Positions 1 through 8,881 of a stretch of 64,000 nt of DNA are shown here, piece by piece. The position numbers and the translations under genes are program-made. Below the pieces are notes generated by a model that saw only the letters and a list, made by a program, of their open reading frames with translations, had not been told where the DNA came from and made no database searches. This DNA comes from Candidatus Kaiserbacteria bacterium RIFCSPLOWO2_01_FULL_45_25 (GTDB lineage Bacteria > Patescibacteriota > Minisyncoccia > Phycocordibacterales > UBA918), in NCBI GenBank assembly GCA_001781415.1, contig MFLT01000012.1, positions 6,485 through 70,484 on the forward strand, in the 5' to 3' direction. Each line of letters begins with the position of its first letter. Within the stretch, counting starts at the first letter, position 1.

Positions 1-462
1 CCGCCTGCCATATGAGACGGCCGACTCCCCTTCGATAAATGTTAAACGCAGTAAGTCGGATTTTGGTTCTCCGGCAATCAGGTATTCAAGAAGAGTTGGT
101 ACACTCAGTGGTTCGGTAAAGGTGTAGGTACCAGCTTTCAGTGATTCTCCGTAAAATTTTAGTCGCAGCACCATCAAGGTGACAAGTTCAGAGCGCACAA
201 AACCGCCTTCTTTTAGGTCTTTTACAATTAGTCTGGTTGGTGAACCTGGCTCCACGACAAACGTGGCTCCGTCTACAAAGCCACTTGGTGGAGTTTGTAG
301 GTATGAGAAAAGGTATAAGCCAATACTAGCAAGTACTCCGATGAACAACACCAGATAGGTAAAAACTTTTATAAGTGGACCACGCTTTGAATTTGGCTCT
401 GATGTAGATGATAGAGAATCATTTAGGTAATTATCATCAAACGAATTAGGTTCTTCGGGCAT
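1..462 (-). CDS. mltG: Endolytic transglycosylase MltG, N-terminal part (runs off window start)
   Basis: Manual translation from ATG at 462: MPEEPNSF, a TM helix, then FVVEPGS...LKAGTYTF...RLTFIEGES, typical of the YceG/MltG N-terminus; not in the ORF track. Confidence 0.75.
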   Translation of the reverse strand, partial: MPEEPNSFDDNYLNDSLSSTSEPNSKRGPLIKVFTYLVLFIGVLASIGLYLFSYLQTPPSGFVDGATFVVEPGSPTRLIVKDLKEGGFVRSELVTLMVLRLKFYGESLKAGTYTFTEPLSVPTLLEYLIAGEPKSDLLRLTFIEGESAVSYGRR

Positions 463-475
463 GGCTAAACAAAAG

Positions 476-1810
476 TTATATTCCGGTGGCTAAACCAGTT
501 GGTAAGTTGCTTGGAGCTTCCTTGCGGGCTGAGGTAATACGTGGGAGTGACGGTGTTACCACTGATGTGCCTGGGATGTGGTAAATAGTGGCTAATTCTT
601 CAGCTGAAAACACCTTCATGGCGTCTGCACCACCAACTCTATCTCTGTGATAATAGACGCGACCTTTGTAGAGCCCAAGTTCTTGCTCTTTCCACTTCTT
701 GATTCGTCGCCCCTTCGGGTCGGAGAACATCTTATAGTCAAAGTCAGTTCGCCAACGAGGACTTAATCCATTGCGTCCAATAATGTCATATTGTGAAAAG
801 GAGCGCAGGGTTGGCGAAATAAGGTCACCATCAAACTTCCCTTTTTCTGTAATGTATAACCAGCGAATTCCTACCTCATACGCATACTTGCCAATGTTGC
901 GTTCTATAGCAGCGATGGTGTCGCGCTCGTTCATAGTGAGCATTGGAGCCCTTTCATAAGTCTCTGAATCAGGATCAGGTCTCTGGTCGCGCTTGAGAAT
1001 TTCATTAATCTTAGCAATGGCCTTTTTATCCCAGGTCGGAGTTTCGGTTAAGTGGCCATTCTTAAATACTTTTTTAACATGAGGCACTGCCAAGATTTGA
1101 ATCCAGACACGTTCATGTGGTTTTACTTTTCCGAGCTGTTCTAGCATGGCGGCCATCGGTTCAAACTTCTCTTCTTCTTTAGGGAGTTTGTCTAGTCCGA
1201 AGTCAATGTAAGTTTTGATTGGAAAAATTTCGTCCTCTTTCTTTCCCATATGGAAAGCCATGTATTCGTAGCGCTCAGGATCCCAAGGAATTTCGTCGGT
1301 GTAATCAATATCTTCTTCTACCACTTCAATCCCTGGATACTGAGCGTATAGTTGAGCTTCCAGTGCATTTTTGGTTTTCTTGGTTGGGACGTTGATATAA
1401 AAACGTACTTCCCCTCCTGTGGAGACCAATTCAAAACTAAACGTCAACGGGTGCTTGCCGTCTAGGTACGTCTGCATGAGGTTATCAGGACTGTTTACGT
1501 TGTGAATCTGTGAAATTACACTCTCCATCGCCTCCGGAGACTTAAAGACGTTTTGTGGTAGGTGGATTCGCAGGGTTGAGCGGCCTTGGTTGGCAGCAAA
1601 TTTATTTTGAATGTAATACATCCATCTATCGAAAGTCAAATAGAACAAAGTAATTGGCAACCAGATTGGTGTAAGAGCCACCATCACCGAAAAGATCGGC
1701 CCTGGGTCGATATTCATTAGGTTGAGAAGGTAAATAAATACCAAAAGTCCAAGTACGAGCATGAGCGGCCCAGCGGTCGCTCCAAAGATAGTTTTTATAA
1801 TTTCACCCAT
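476..1810 (-). CDS. Conserved CPR membrane protein, 444 aa, resembling the N-terminal module of CPR VirD4/TraG-like proteins
   Basis: Two N-terminal TM helices; motifs KSPEAME, FSFELVS, YAQYP, FPIKTY, EELATIYHIP, APSNLP. Confidence 0.55.
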   Translation of the reverse strand: MGEIIKTIFGATAGPLMLVLGLLVFIYLLNLMNIDPGPIFSVMVALTPIWLPITLFYLTFDRWMYYIQNKFAANQGRSTLRIHLPQNVFKSPEAMESVISQIHNVNSPDNLMQTYLDGKHPLTFSFELVSTGGEVRFYINVPTKKTKNALEAQLYAQYPGIEVVEEDIDYTDEIPWDPERYEYMAFHMGKKEDEIFPIKTYIDFGLDKLPKEEEKFEPMAAMLEQLGKVKPHERVWIQILAVPHVKKVFKNGHLTETPTWDKKAIAKINEILKRDQRPDPDSETYERAPMLTMNERDTIAAIERNIGKYAYEVGIRWLYITEKGKFDGDLISPTLRSFSQYDIIGRNGLSPRWRTDFDYKMFSDPKGRRIKKWKEQELGLYKGRVYYHRDRVGGADAMKVFSAEELATIYHIPGTSVVTPSLPRITSARKEAPSNLPTGLATGI

Positions 1811-1828
1811 GTCTGCCTATTGTACTAC

Positions 1829-1864
1829 AAAACCCCCACCGGACGGGTGTCGGGTGGGGGTTTT
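1829..1864 (-). terminator. Intrinsic terminator
   Basis: AAAACCCCCACC...GGTGGGGGTTTT hairpin. Confidence 0.75.
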
Positions 1865-1881
1865 GCTGGACTTTATATAAT

Positions 1882-2907
1882 TTATTCAGCGAGGGTGTAG
1901 GTGCCATTACTTAGTCGACGGAAAAGGTTGGCATCTTGGAGGTTTACGATGATGGTGTTGTCCTTCACGTAGCGCTCCTTGCGTACTTTGTCGATAAGTT
2001 CTTCACGAGAGAGTGGACCTTCCTTACCGAGAATTTCCCGTAGGACGTCCTTGACCACTCCAGCCGTGTAGCCCCATTCAGTGAGAGCGTAGAGACCGCG
2101 TCCAACTAGGACAAACCGTTGGTCTTTAATGAGCTCGTTGTGAGTGGTGGCGATGTGAGCCTTGTGCTTGAATAGGTTGTCGATAGACTCTGCTACTTCA
2201 CGGAAGTGCATAGGTGAACCATGGCGCTTCACAGCTAGGTAGGCGTAATCACGGATACCCTTAACTTTAATATTTGGACTTTCTGCTGGACCCCAATCTC
2301 CGAGTGGGTTCTTGCCAATTTGCTTAGACATGAGTAGCCAGCGCTTTAGAACTTGCTCATCGTACTTATCTGCCAGCTCCATGAGTTCTCCGCGGAAGCG
2401 ATTGAGAATCTCTTGTTCACTGATAAGTTCATCAGATTGTAGAGTGCCATGCACTTGCTTGAGGGCCTTTTCTACTTGGTCAGCGACTTTACGCTCAGTA
2501 AACCAACGATGTGTATAGGTAGGGTTTTCTTTACCTCGATAGAATGGATCTCCAACTACCAATAAGAAATAGAGGTGGTTTTTGACAATTGGATCAGAAG
2601 TAAGTTCGTCCAAAAAGACGTGTTCAGCAATGACTCCTCCACCAAGTTGGTCGATAAGAGCCTGCATTTCAATAAAAAGATCGTAATGCTTCTTGTATTC
2701 TTCTGACTTTTGGATAGCTTGAATACCGTAGTTTTCAATCTGACGAACACGCTCACGAGTAATACCGTAAGCCTGACCAATTGATTCTAGGGTTGATGTT
2801 TCACCATTTGGGCCAAGACCATAGCGCTTTGTGAGGACGTCACGTGCACGCTCAGGCAGTACGCCGAGAAGTGATTTACTGATTTGTTTTGGTTTGAATG
2901 AAATCAT
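1882..2907 (-). CDS. Sigma70 region-4 HTH plus C-terminal HARE-HTH/RNAP-delta-like winged-helix protein
   Basis: RYGL...TLESIGQAYGITRERVRQIE (sigma region 4); HNELIKDQRFVLVGRGLYAL winged helix. Confidence 0.7.
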   Translation of the reverse strand: MISFKPKQISKSLLGVLPERARDVLTKRYGLGPNGETSTLESIGQAYGITRERVRQIENYGIQAIQKSEEYKKHYDLFIEMQALIDQLGGGVIAEHVFLDELTSDPIVKNHLYFLLVVGDPFYRGKENPTYTHRWFTERKVADQVEKALKQVHGTLQSDELISEQEILNRFRGELMELADKYDEQVLKRWLLMSKQIGKNPLGDWGPAESPNIKVKGIRDYAYLAVKRHGSPMHFREVAESIDNLFKHKAHIATTHNELIKDQRFVLVGRGLYALTEWGYTAGVVKDVLREILGKEGPLSREELIDKVRKERYVKDNTIIVNLQDANLFRRLSNGTYTLAE

Positions 2908-2998
2908 AAAACTGTTATTTGCCCAATAGTTCCCTCAATGCGATGACCATTTATAACATGAGTCTTGCAGAAGGTCAACTACTTTATTCCATTCGTAA

Positions 2999-3325
2999 TT
3001 AATTGGGTCTAACTACGGTAGCTAGACCAAGTCCGGCCTCCCTTAATGACGCTAATCCCTCACATACATCAATGGTCTCGATACCGGTGGTTTTGAGTAC
3101 TTCGTTCGTATAACTACTGCGTCCACCGGTTTCGCAGATGAGGTAGATGTTCTTGAACTTCTGGAGCATTGGAACGTGTTTGCCGATGGTACTTAATGGC
3201 ATATTGAGACTGTTTGGGATATGTTCACTTTCGAACTCTTCAACTTCACGCACATCAACAATTACATCTTCTGGTGTGAGATTTGGGAGTACTTCGAGAA
3301 ACTCCTTGGTAGAAATAGTTTTCAT
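2999..3325 (-). CDS. Rhodanese-like domain protein
   Basis: IVDVRE..EF...HIP.S.N.P and active-site loop CETGGRS. Confidence 0.85.
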   Translation of the reverse strand: MKTISTKEFLEVLPNLTPEDVIVDVREVEEFESEHIPNSLNMPLSTIGKHVPMLQKFKNIYLICETGGRSSYTNEVLKTTGIETIDVCEGLASLREAGLGLATVVRPN

Positions 3326-3343
3326 TATTAATGTATTAAGTGC

Positions 3344-6166
3344 TTATACAATTAGGTTTAAGATTTTACCAGGTACGTAGATAACTTTCCTAATCTCACC
3401 TGTTAAATACTTTTCAACTCCTTCACTATGACGAGCAGCTTCAAGCGCTTCGGCTTCACTGGCTTCGGGAGAAACTGCAATGGTCCCACGCATTTTACCA
3501 TTAACTTGGACAGCAATTGTGACAATATCATCCACAATCAGACTTTCGTCTGCCTCAGGGAATTTAGTTAGGTGGATTGATTCAGTCTTCCCTGCTGCTA
3601 CCCATAGCTCAGCAGTGAGGTGTGGAGCAAATGGCGCCAAGACTCGAAGGAAGGTCTCGTAGTCACCCGTTGTGATGCCATTTTTTTCCACATGATTAAC
3701 AAACATCATCATGGCACTGATGGCGGTATTGAATTTAAAGGTGGTAATATCCTCGCTCACCTTCTTTATGGTCTTATGAAGAAGTTTGTCAGTGTCGAAT
3801 GCTACATCAACAATATGCTCAGATAGACCGTTCACTCGCTCAAGGAAGCGCCGTACACCAGCGATACCGCCGAGGTCAAACGGATAGTTAGAACCTTCGT
3901 AAGGTCCCATAAAAGCTAAGTACATCTTAACGGTGTCAGCTCCCACCCGCTTCACGTGTTCGTCTGGGTCAATGACGTTACCTTTACTCTTACTCATCTT
4001 GTTGCCGTCTGGACCAAGGATAAGTCCACGATTGAGGCGACGACGGTATGGTTCATTTTCGGTTACCAATCCAAGGTCAAAAAGCACCTTCTGCCAAAAG
4101 CGAGAATACAGAAGGTGCATGGTCGTATGCTCCGCTCCTCCAAAATAAATATCAATCGGCATCCAGTCTTTCTGGTGAGCTAGTGAGGCGATTTCTTCGC
4201 TGTTTTTGTTATCAAGATAGCGCAAGAAATACCAAGACGAATCCACAAAGGTGTCCATCGTTTCAACTTCTGGAGTCCAGCCAGCCCCAAAGATACTTTC
4301 GGTACGCTTCTTCAGCTCCTCACTCTTAGCTAGTGGCGCCACGCCAGTTGGTTTGAAGTCTACATCCTCGGGCAAGTGCCATGGTAAATGTTCCTTTGGA
4401 ATTGGATGAGCGTTGCCCTCCGGGTCATACACAATTGGAATCGGTACACCCCAATAACGTTGCCGGCCAATTGACCAGTCTCGCAAACGGTAGGTTGAAG
4501 ACATCTTGCCGCCAACTTTTTCTACAATCTTTTCTTTTGCTGTTTCAGAGTCCAGGCCATCAAATTCTCCAGAGTTGATAATCACGCCTGTTCCAGTGAA
4601 AATTTGTCCTTCAGTGAAGGCTGCCCAACCCTTCTGGTGTCCTTCCCACGTAAGTAGATTTTTTACCTCTGACTTATCTACCCATTCAATAGTGTGTTTA
4701 CCGTCTTCTAGTTCAGAGGGCTTTTGGTCGAGCGACTTCAACTTGATATGGTAAAAAGAACTTATTGTAAGTTGATTCTTATCCTTGGTGTGTCTGTAGC
4801 CATGACCTTGTGAGGTTGTAACCACATCGCCAATGATTTCATATTCTGTAAATCCAGTTTCTTCTTCTAGTTCGCGTCCAATCGCGACCACTTGTGATTC
4901 CCCGTCAGTCCCTCCACCTACAAAGTGAATGTGGGTATGAGTCCCATCTACTTCCTTTTGAACGAGAAACTGTCCATTTGTTGGGTGTTCAATCATTAGG
5001 TCGACACATTCGCGTACTAGAGTTTCTTTTTCTGGTTTCGGCGCTGAGATGCCAGTGAAAACAATTTTTTCTGCCACCACCTGCTTCACAGGGATGCTGA
5101 ACTTCTTAGCAAACGCACCATCTCTTTCATCATGTGCTGGTACCGCCATAATCGCACCTGTTCCGTAAGAAGCTAGGACGTAGTCAGATATATAAATTGG
5201 AATCTCCTCACCCAAGGCAGGATTGGTAGCCGTAACGCCTTCTAGCTTTACCCCAGTCTTTTCTTTGGTGGTGTCTAGACGGTCTTGCTCGTCTTTTTGT
5301 TTGGCTAGAGCTACATAGTCAGCAACTTCAGCGTAATTACTGATGTTGGCCTCGTTTTGAGCTACTAGTGGGTGCTCTGGAGCGAGAACGAGGTAAGTCG
5401 CCCCGTATAGGGTGTCGGGACGAGTAGTAAAGACAGTAACACTTTCACCAGTTGAAAGTTTGAAGTCTAGCGTCGCACCATTTGAGCGGCCGATCCACTG
5501 TCGCTGCGCTTCTTTGATGTGCTCTGGCCAATCAAGCGGGTCGAGGTCATCAGTCAGTCGGTCAGCGTACTTGGTAATACGAAGCATCCACTGCGGCATC
5601 TCGCGTTTTTCGATGACATCGCCCGAGCGTTCACAAGTGCCATCACTTAGCACCTGCTCGTTGGCAATTACTGTATTGCAGCCTGGACACCAGTTCACAA
5701 TTCCCTTTCCGCGGTACGCAATGTCCTTTCTAAAGAATTCAGTAAACATCCACTGGGTCCACTTGTAGTAGTCGGCGTCTGTTGAGCTGGTGGTCTTATC
5801 CCATGAGAAAGCGTTACCCATACTAGCGAGTTGGGTCTTCATGAAGGCGATGTTGTCGTTGGTCCAGGCTTTAGGGTCGAGATTTCGTTTGATAGCAGCA
5901 TTTTCGGCAGGGAGACCAAAAGCATCAAAGCCCATTGGGTAGAGCACCTGCTTCCCCATCATACGCTTGTAGCGTACGTAGATGTCTGGCACAGCAAAAG
6001 CGTACCAGTGTCCAATATGGAGATTCCCAGACGGGTATGGCCATTCGACGAGGACGTATTCCTTTTCTTTGCTATTGTCTCGCTCTCCGACATTGTATAT
6101 GCCCTCTTCCTCCCAAATCTGTTGCCACTTCTTCTCAATTTCGCCTGAATCAAACTTTTTATGCAT
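3344..6166 (-). CDS. leuS: Leucine--tRNA ligase with an inserted Nudix domain
   Basis: PYPSGNLHIGH, KMSKS, FTTRPDT, GTGAIMAVPAHDERD; extra ~155 aa containing RELEEETGF. Confidence 0.97.
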   Translation of the reverse strand: MHKKFDSGEIEKKWQQIWEEEGIYNVGERDNSKEKEYVLVEWPYPSGNLHIGHWYAFAVPDIYVRYKRMMGKQVLYPMGFDAFGLPAENAAIKRNLDPKAWTNDNIAFMKTQLASMGNAFSWDKTTSSTDADYYKWTQWMFTEFFRKDIAYRGKGIVNWCPGCNTVIANEQVLSDGTCERSGDVIEKREMPQWMLRITKYADRLTDDLDPLDWPEHIKEAQRQWIGRSNGATLDFKLSTGESVTVFTTRPDTLYGATYLVLAPEHPLVAQNEANISNYAEVADYVALAKQKDEQDRLDTTKEKTGVKLEGVTATNPALGEEIPIYISDYVLASYGTGAIMAVPAHDERDGAFAKKFSIPVKQVVAEKIVFTGISAPKPEKETLVRECVDLMIEHPTNGQFLVQKEVDGTHTHIHFVGGGTDGESQVVAIGRELEEETGFTEYEIIGDVVTTSQGHGYRHTKDKNQLTISSFYHIKLKSLDQKPSELEDGKHTIEWVDKSEVKNLLTWEGHQKGWAAFTEGQIFTGTGVIINSGEFDGLDSETAKEKIVEKVGGKMSSTYRLRDWSIGRQRYWGVPIPIVYDPEGNAHPIPKEHLPWHLPEDVDFKPTGVAPLAKSEELKKRTESIFGAGWTPEVETMDTFVDSSWYFLRYLDNKNSEEIASLAHQKDWMPIDIYFGGAEHTTMHLLYSRFWQKVLFDLGLVTENEPYRRRLNRGLILGPDGNKMSKSKGNVIDPDEHVKRVGADTVKMYLAFMGPYEGSNYPFDLGGIAGVRRFLERVNGLSEHIVDVAFDTDKLLHKTIKKVSEDITTFKFNTAISAMMMFVNHVEKNGITTGDYETFLRVLAPFAPHLTAELWVAAGKTESIHLTKFPEADESLIVDDIVTIAVQVNGKMRGTIAVSPEASEAEALEAARHSEGVEKYLTGEIRKVIYVPGKILNLIV

Positions 6167-6240
6167 AACAAATCTCCCTAACCGTTAATTACGGCTTAGT
6201 ATGCCACGGGTTTGGACAGATGTAAAAATTCCTAAATAAA

Positions 6241-6279
6241 AGAAAAGCCGTCCCAAAGGAAGCTTTTCCTGGGGACGGC
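6241..6279 (-). terminator. Intrinsic terminator
   Basis: GCCGTCCC...GGGACGGC stem with an A-tract on + (U-tract on -). Confidence 0.7.
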
Positions 6280-6319
6280 CATTGAATTAGATGGACACAC
6301 TAGTTGTCGTCGGTTCTTT

Positions 6320-6895
6320 TTAGCGCCGATAGAGAGCTATAAGTTCTTCTTCAGAAATCACTCTGTGCACGATGCCATACTGAACTGCTTCTCGGGCTGA
6401 GAGGGTGGCATTGCCGCGCATCAGGTTCAAAAAGAGGGAAGAAGGAAGACCGGTTTGTTTCGACATGAAATCGAGCATCCACTCTTGTCCACGTCGCAGC
6501 TGATCGTGCCACTGCTTGAGGAACTCCTGCTGTGGACGTTTCGACTGCCGAGCCATTTCTTCTTCAATCTCAAGCGCGTGCTCGACGTCGCAGATGGTCA
6601 CCTCTAAACCTGGACGAAAGATTGTCCTTACTTCATGGAAGAAGTATGTCGATTCAGGTAAAGCGAGACGTTCCCTTCCGAGTAATTGCAAGACAATTGC
6701 AGCCGAGGCAACACGTTCGCCGATTGAGACAAACCCTGAACGCGCGAGAGCTGGTGCCAAGCGTGAAAAGAAGTTGAACGTGCCGCCTGGTGAGTCAATC
6801 ATCACACATGCCGAACCGTAATTTCTCTGAAGTTGCTCGAGGAGTTTTTCGATGCGGTACCCAGAAATCTCTCCTTCAAATTTTGTCATGTACAT
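6320..6895 (-). CDS. Divergent ClpP-like serine protease
   Basis: IDSPGG, VASAA (Ser), FHE (His), LSAREAVQYGIV; start moved to ATG 6895 after a GGAGG SD. Confidence 0.7.
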   Translation of the reverse strand: MYMTKFEGEISGYRIEKLLEQLQRNYGSACVMIDSPGGTFNFFSRLAPALARSGFVSIGERVASAAIVLQLLGRERLALPESTYFFHEVRTIFRPGLEVTICDVEHALEIEEEMARQSKRPQQEFLKQWHDQLRRGQEWMLDFMSKQTGLPSSLFLNLMRGNATLSAREAVQYGIVHRVISEEELIALYRR

Positions 6896-6930
6896 AATAC
6901 CTCCAAAGGTTGTTTGTTGAGCCAACCAGG

Positions 6931-6959
6931 AACATATAACAGTATTCGGCTGATGTCAA
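6931..6959 (-). promoter_or_regulatory. Sigma70 promoter
   Basis: TTGACA-17-TATGTT. Confidence 0.55.
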
Positions 6960-6993
6960 TTTTAATATAATATAGTAAGCGTGCGTAATAAAA

Positions 6994-7425
6994 CTAAACC
7001 CGACCTGGTAGTTCGTCGTCTTTGATATTTAGTAACCAATCAGCCTTTTCTGCTTCCTTGACTTGAGTGAGGAATTTAACTTTCACTAGATCGTTAGCTG
7101 TCTCTAGTTTAGATTCATCGACATCTTCTATATAAACGTACACATCGTACATGTCAGGAGTCTTCGTCTCTACATATTTAAATGGAATCGGTTTTGAACC
7201 GTTCTTATCAATTTTAAACTTAAGCTCATCGGCCAGGGCTCGCTTTAGGGTGTCGTAGGCGGTTTCGTCCCCTAGGGTGAACCCACCAAACCCGGTTATA
7301 AGTGCCGTGTCTGTGATATTTTCAACTGGTAGTTTTTGCAGAAGAATATACCCTTCCTGATTTCGGAGGATGGCTCCGACTGACACAATTCGTCCGTCAA
7401 ACTCTAATTTTGTTTCAAATCCCAT
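6994..7425 (-). CDS. Nudix-fold protein with a degenerate Nudix box
   Basis: VGAILRNQEGYILLQK; GFGG....ET...TLKRALADEL. Confidence 0.6.
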   Translation of the reverse strand: MGFETKLEFDGRIVSVGAILRNQEGYILLQKLPVENITDTALITGFGGFTLGDETAYDTLKRALADELKFKIDKNGSKPIPFKYVETKTPDMYDVYVYIEDVDESKLETANDLVKVKFLTQVKEAEKADWLLNIKDDELPGRV

Positions 7426-7476
7426 AGTAATTATTTAGGTTTGTAGTATTGCATGAGACGGTGAGAATGTGCAAAT

Positions 7477-7508
7477 AAGAAAAGCCGCCTGTTTCTGGCA
7501 GGCGGCTT
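7477..7508 (-). terminator. Intrinsic terminator
   Basis: AAGCCGCCTG...CAGGCGGCTT. Confidence 0.75.
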
Positions 7509-7528
7509 GGTCGAAGCTCTGGGGTCGT

Positions 7529-7912
7529 TCAGGCGGCTTTGGCCCAGGCTTTAGGGTTAAAGCTCCTGTGCTTAGTGTGCCAAAAGACACTTGTTTTTGG
7601 AATGTTTGGACTGTCATCAAACATGGTCAAAGACAAAACATTTTCTTCCACTTCGCGGATGTTCACGGTCTGTAGGACCATGTTTGCGATGGATACCGCC
7701 TGGGTGGGTTGAGTTTTTTCAAACGGTGTTTCGGCGTAAGGAACGATGAGAACTTGTGGAGGTGAAACTTCACCCTCGGTCTCTACATACCACTCCACGC
7801 AAAACGACTCGCTGCCATCCAGGTTTTTAGTGATGTTCGCAACGGTAACGTCAAAGCGAACGCCAAAACGGCCCATAGGCTGCCGACGAATGACCTGATG
7901 TTCATGACGCAT
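7529..7912 (-). CDS. Hypothetical protein (paralogue of 8381..8776)
   Basis: AAGGAG SD, own terminator, sequence similarity to 8381..8776. Confidence 0.7.
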   Translation of the reverse strand: MRHEHQVIRRQPMGRFGVRFDVTVANITKNLDGSESFCVEWYVETEGEVSPPQVLIVPYAETPFEKTQPTQAVSIANMVLQTVNIREVEENVLSLTMFDDSPNIPKTSVFWHTKHRSFNPKAWAKAA

Positions 7913-7968
7913 GATTACTCCTTCAGTTATTTATGGGAACGAGGCAACAACTACTAAATCATATATTG

Positions 7969-8003
7969 AAAAAAAGAAAAGCCGCGCCCTTTGGGGCGCG
8001 GCT
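7969..8003 (-). terminator. Intrinsic terminator
   Basis: AGCCGCGCCC-TTTG-GGGCGCGGCT with A-tract. Confidence 0.8.
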
Positions 8004-8022
8004 CGTTTTGGCTGTGCTTATC

Positions 8023-8358
8023 TCAAACCACGGCCATGCTGTGGTAGGCGGTGTAAGGAGTGGCCTCCACAAAAACAAAGGTCATTCCGTTGTTGAGGGC
8101 AGTGGCGTGGATGGCCGAGGCTACTTCCAGTACCAAATCTTTGCTTGCCCAATCACGCTTCACAACCAAAACTTGTTTGTTGATTCGTTGATAAAGCGTT
8201 CCGTCGTTTGGAATAAAGACTTTCATGGTCGTACCGAGCCCAGGTTCGGCCTTAACCACAAAAGTAATTTCAGACGGCTCGTTGCCACAGCCACGGACGG
8301 TCTGTCTGAGGCTGATGGAAATTTCACGACCTTTGTTGTCGTGGATTATTCTATTCAC
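8023..8358 (-). CDS. Hypothetical protein
   Basis: AGGAG SD upstream of GTG; co-oriented with 8381..8776 and ends before the terminator. Confidence 0.6.
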   Translation of the reverse strand: MNRIIHDNKGREISISLRQTVRGCGNEPSEITFVVKAEPGLGTTMKVFIPNDGTLYQRINKQVLVVKRDWASKDLVLEVASAIHATALNNGMTFVFVEATPYTAYHSMAVV

Positions 8359-8380
8359 TTAGATTCTCCTGGTTGAAGGT

Positions 8381-8776
8381 TTAAAACGAGTAGAAGTCGC
8401 CTTTGTGCGACCAAAAGATGTGGCCATCGAAACGACCAGTGCCATCAGGTCTTTCTGCGAAAAAGATTTCAGCAGTGGTATCGATGTCACGGTCGTATTC
8501 AAAGACGACAACACTGTTCAAGAAGGTGCTGGCGATATCTCTTGCCGGCACAATTTTGTTTTCTTCAGTGTCCCTGTACGGAGTGATTTTGTGTGTGAGG
8601 AACAATGGATCGGTGAATTTCACAGTGAAAGATGCGCGGACTGTTTGTTTGCCTTCCGTTACCGACCAAAGCACTCGGAAGCACTCATTGGGACTCCGTT
8701 CGCTCGGCTTGATGTCTTCGATGCGAATATGAAACTCGACACCGCTTTCAGTTTTGGCACAGTACTGGTCAATCAT
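8381..8776 (-). CDS. Hypothetical protein (paralogue of 7529..7912)
   Basis: AAGGAG SD; GVxF...ExFxVxWxV.TEG motif shared with 7529..7912. Confidence 0.7.
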   Translation of the reverse strand: MIDQYCAKTESGVEFHIRIEDIKPSERSPNECFRVLWSVTEGKQTVRASFTVKFTDPLFLTHKITPYRDTEENKIVPARDIASTFLNSVVVFEYDRDIDTTAEIFFAERPDGTGRFDGHIFWSHKGDFYSF

Positions 8777-8832
8777 GGTCTACTCCTTGGTGTGGGTTGG
8801 AACTATTCGTCTACAACTAAACCATAAATTTA

Positions 8833-8874
8833 GAAAAAGAAAAGCCGCACCCTTTGGGGTGCGGCTTTTCTTTC
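8833..8874. terminator. Bidirectional intrinsic terminator
   Basis: GAAAAGCCGCACCC-TTTG-GGGTGCGGCTTTTC. Confidence 0.8.
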
Positions 8875-8881
8875 GGTTGGG

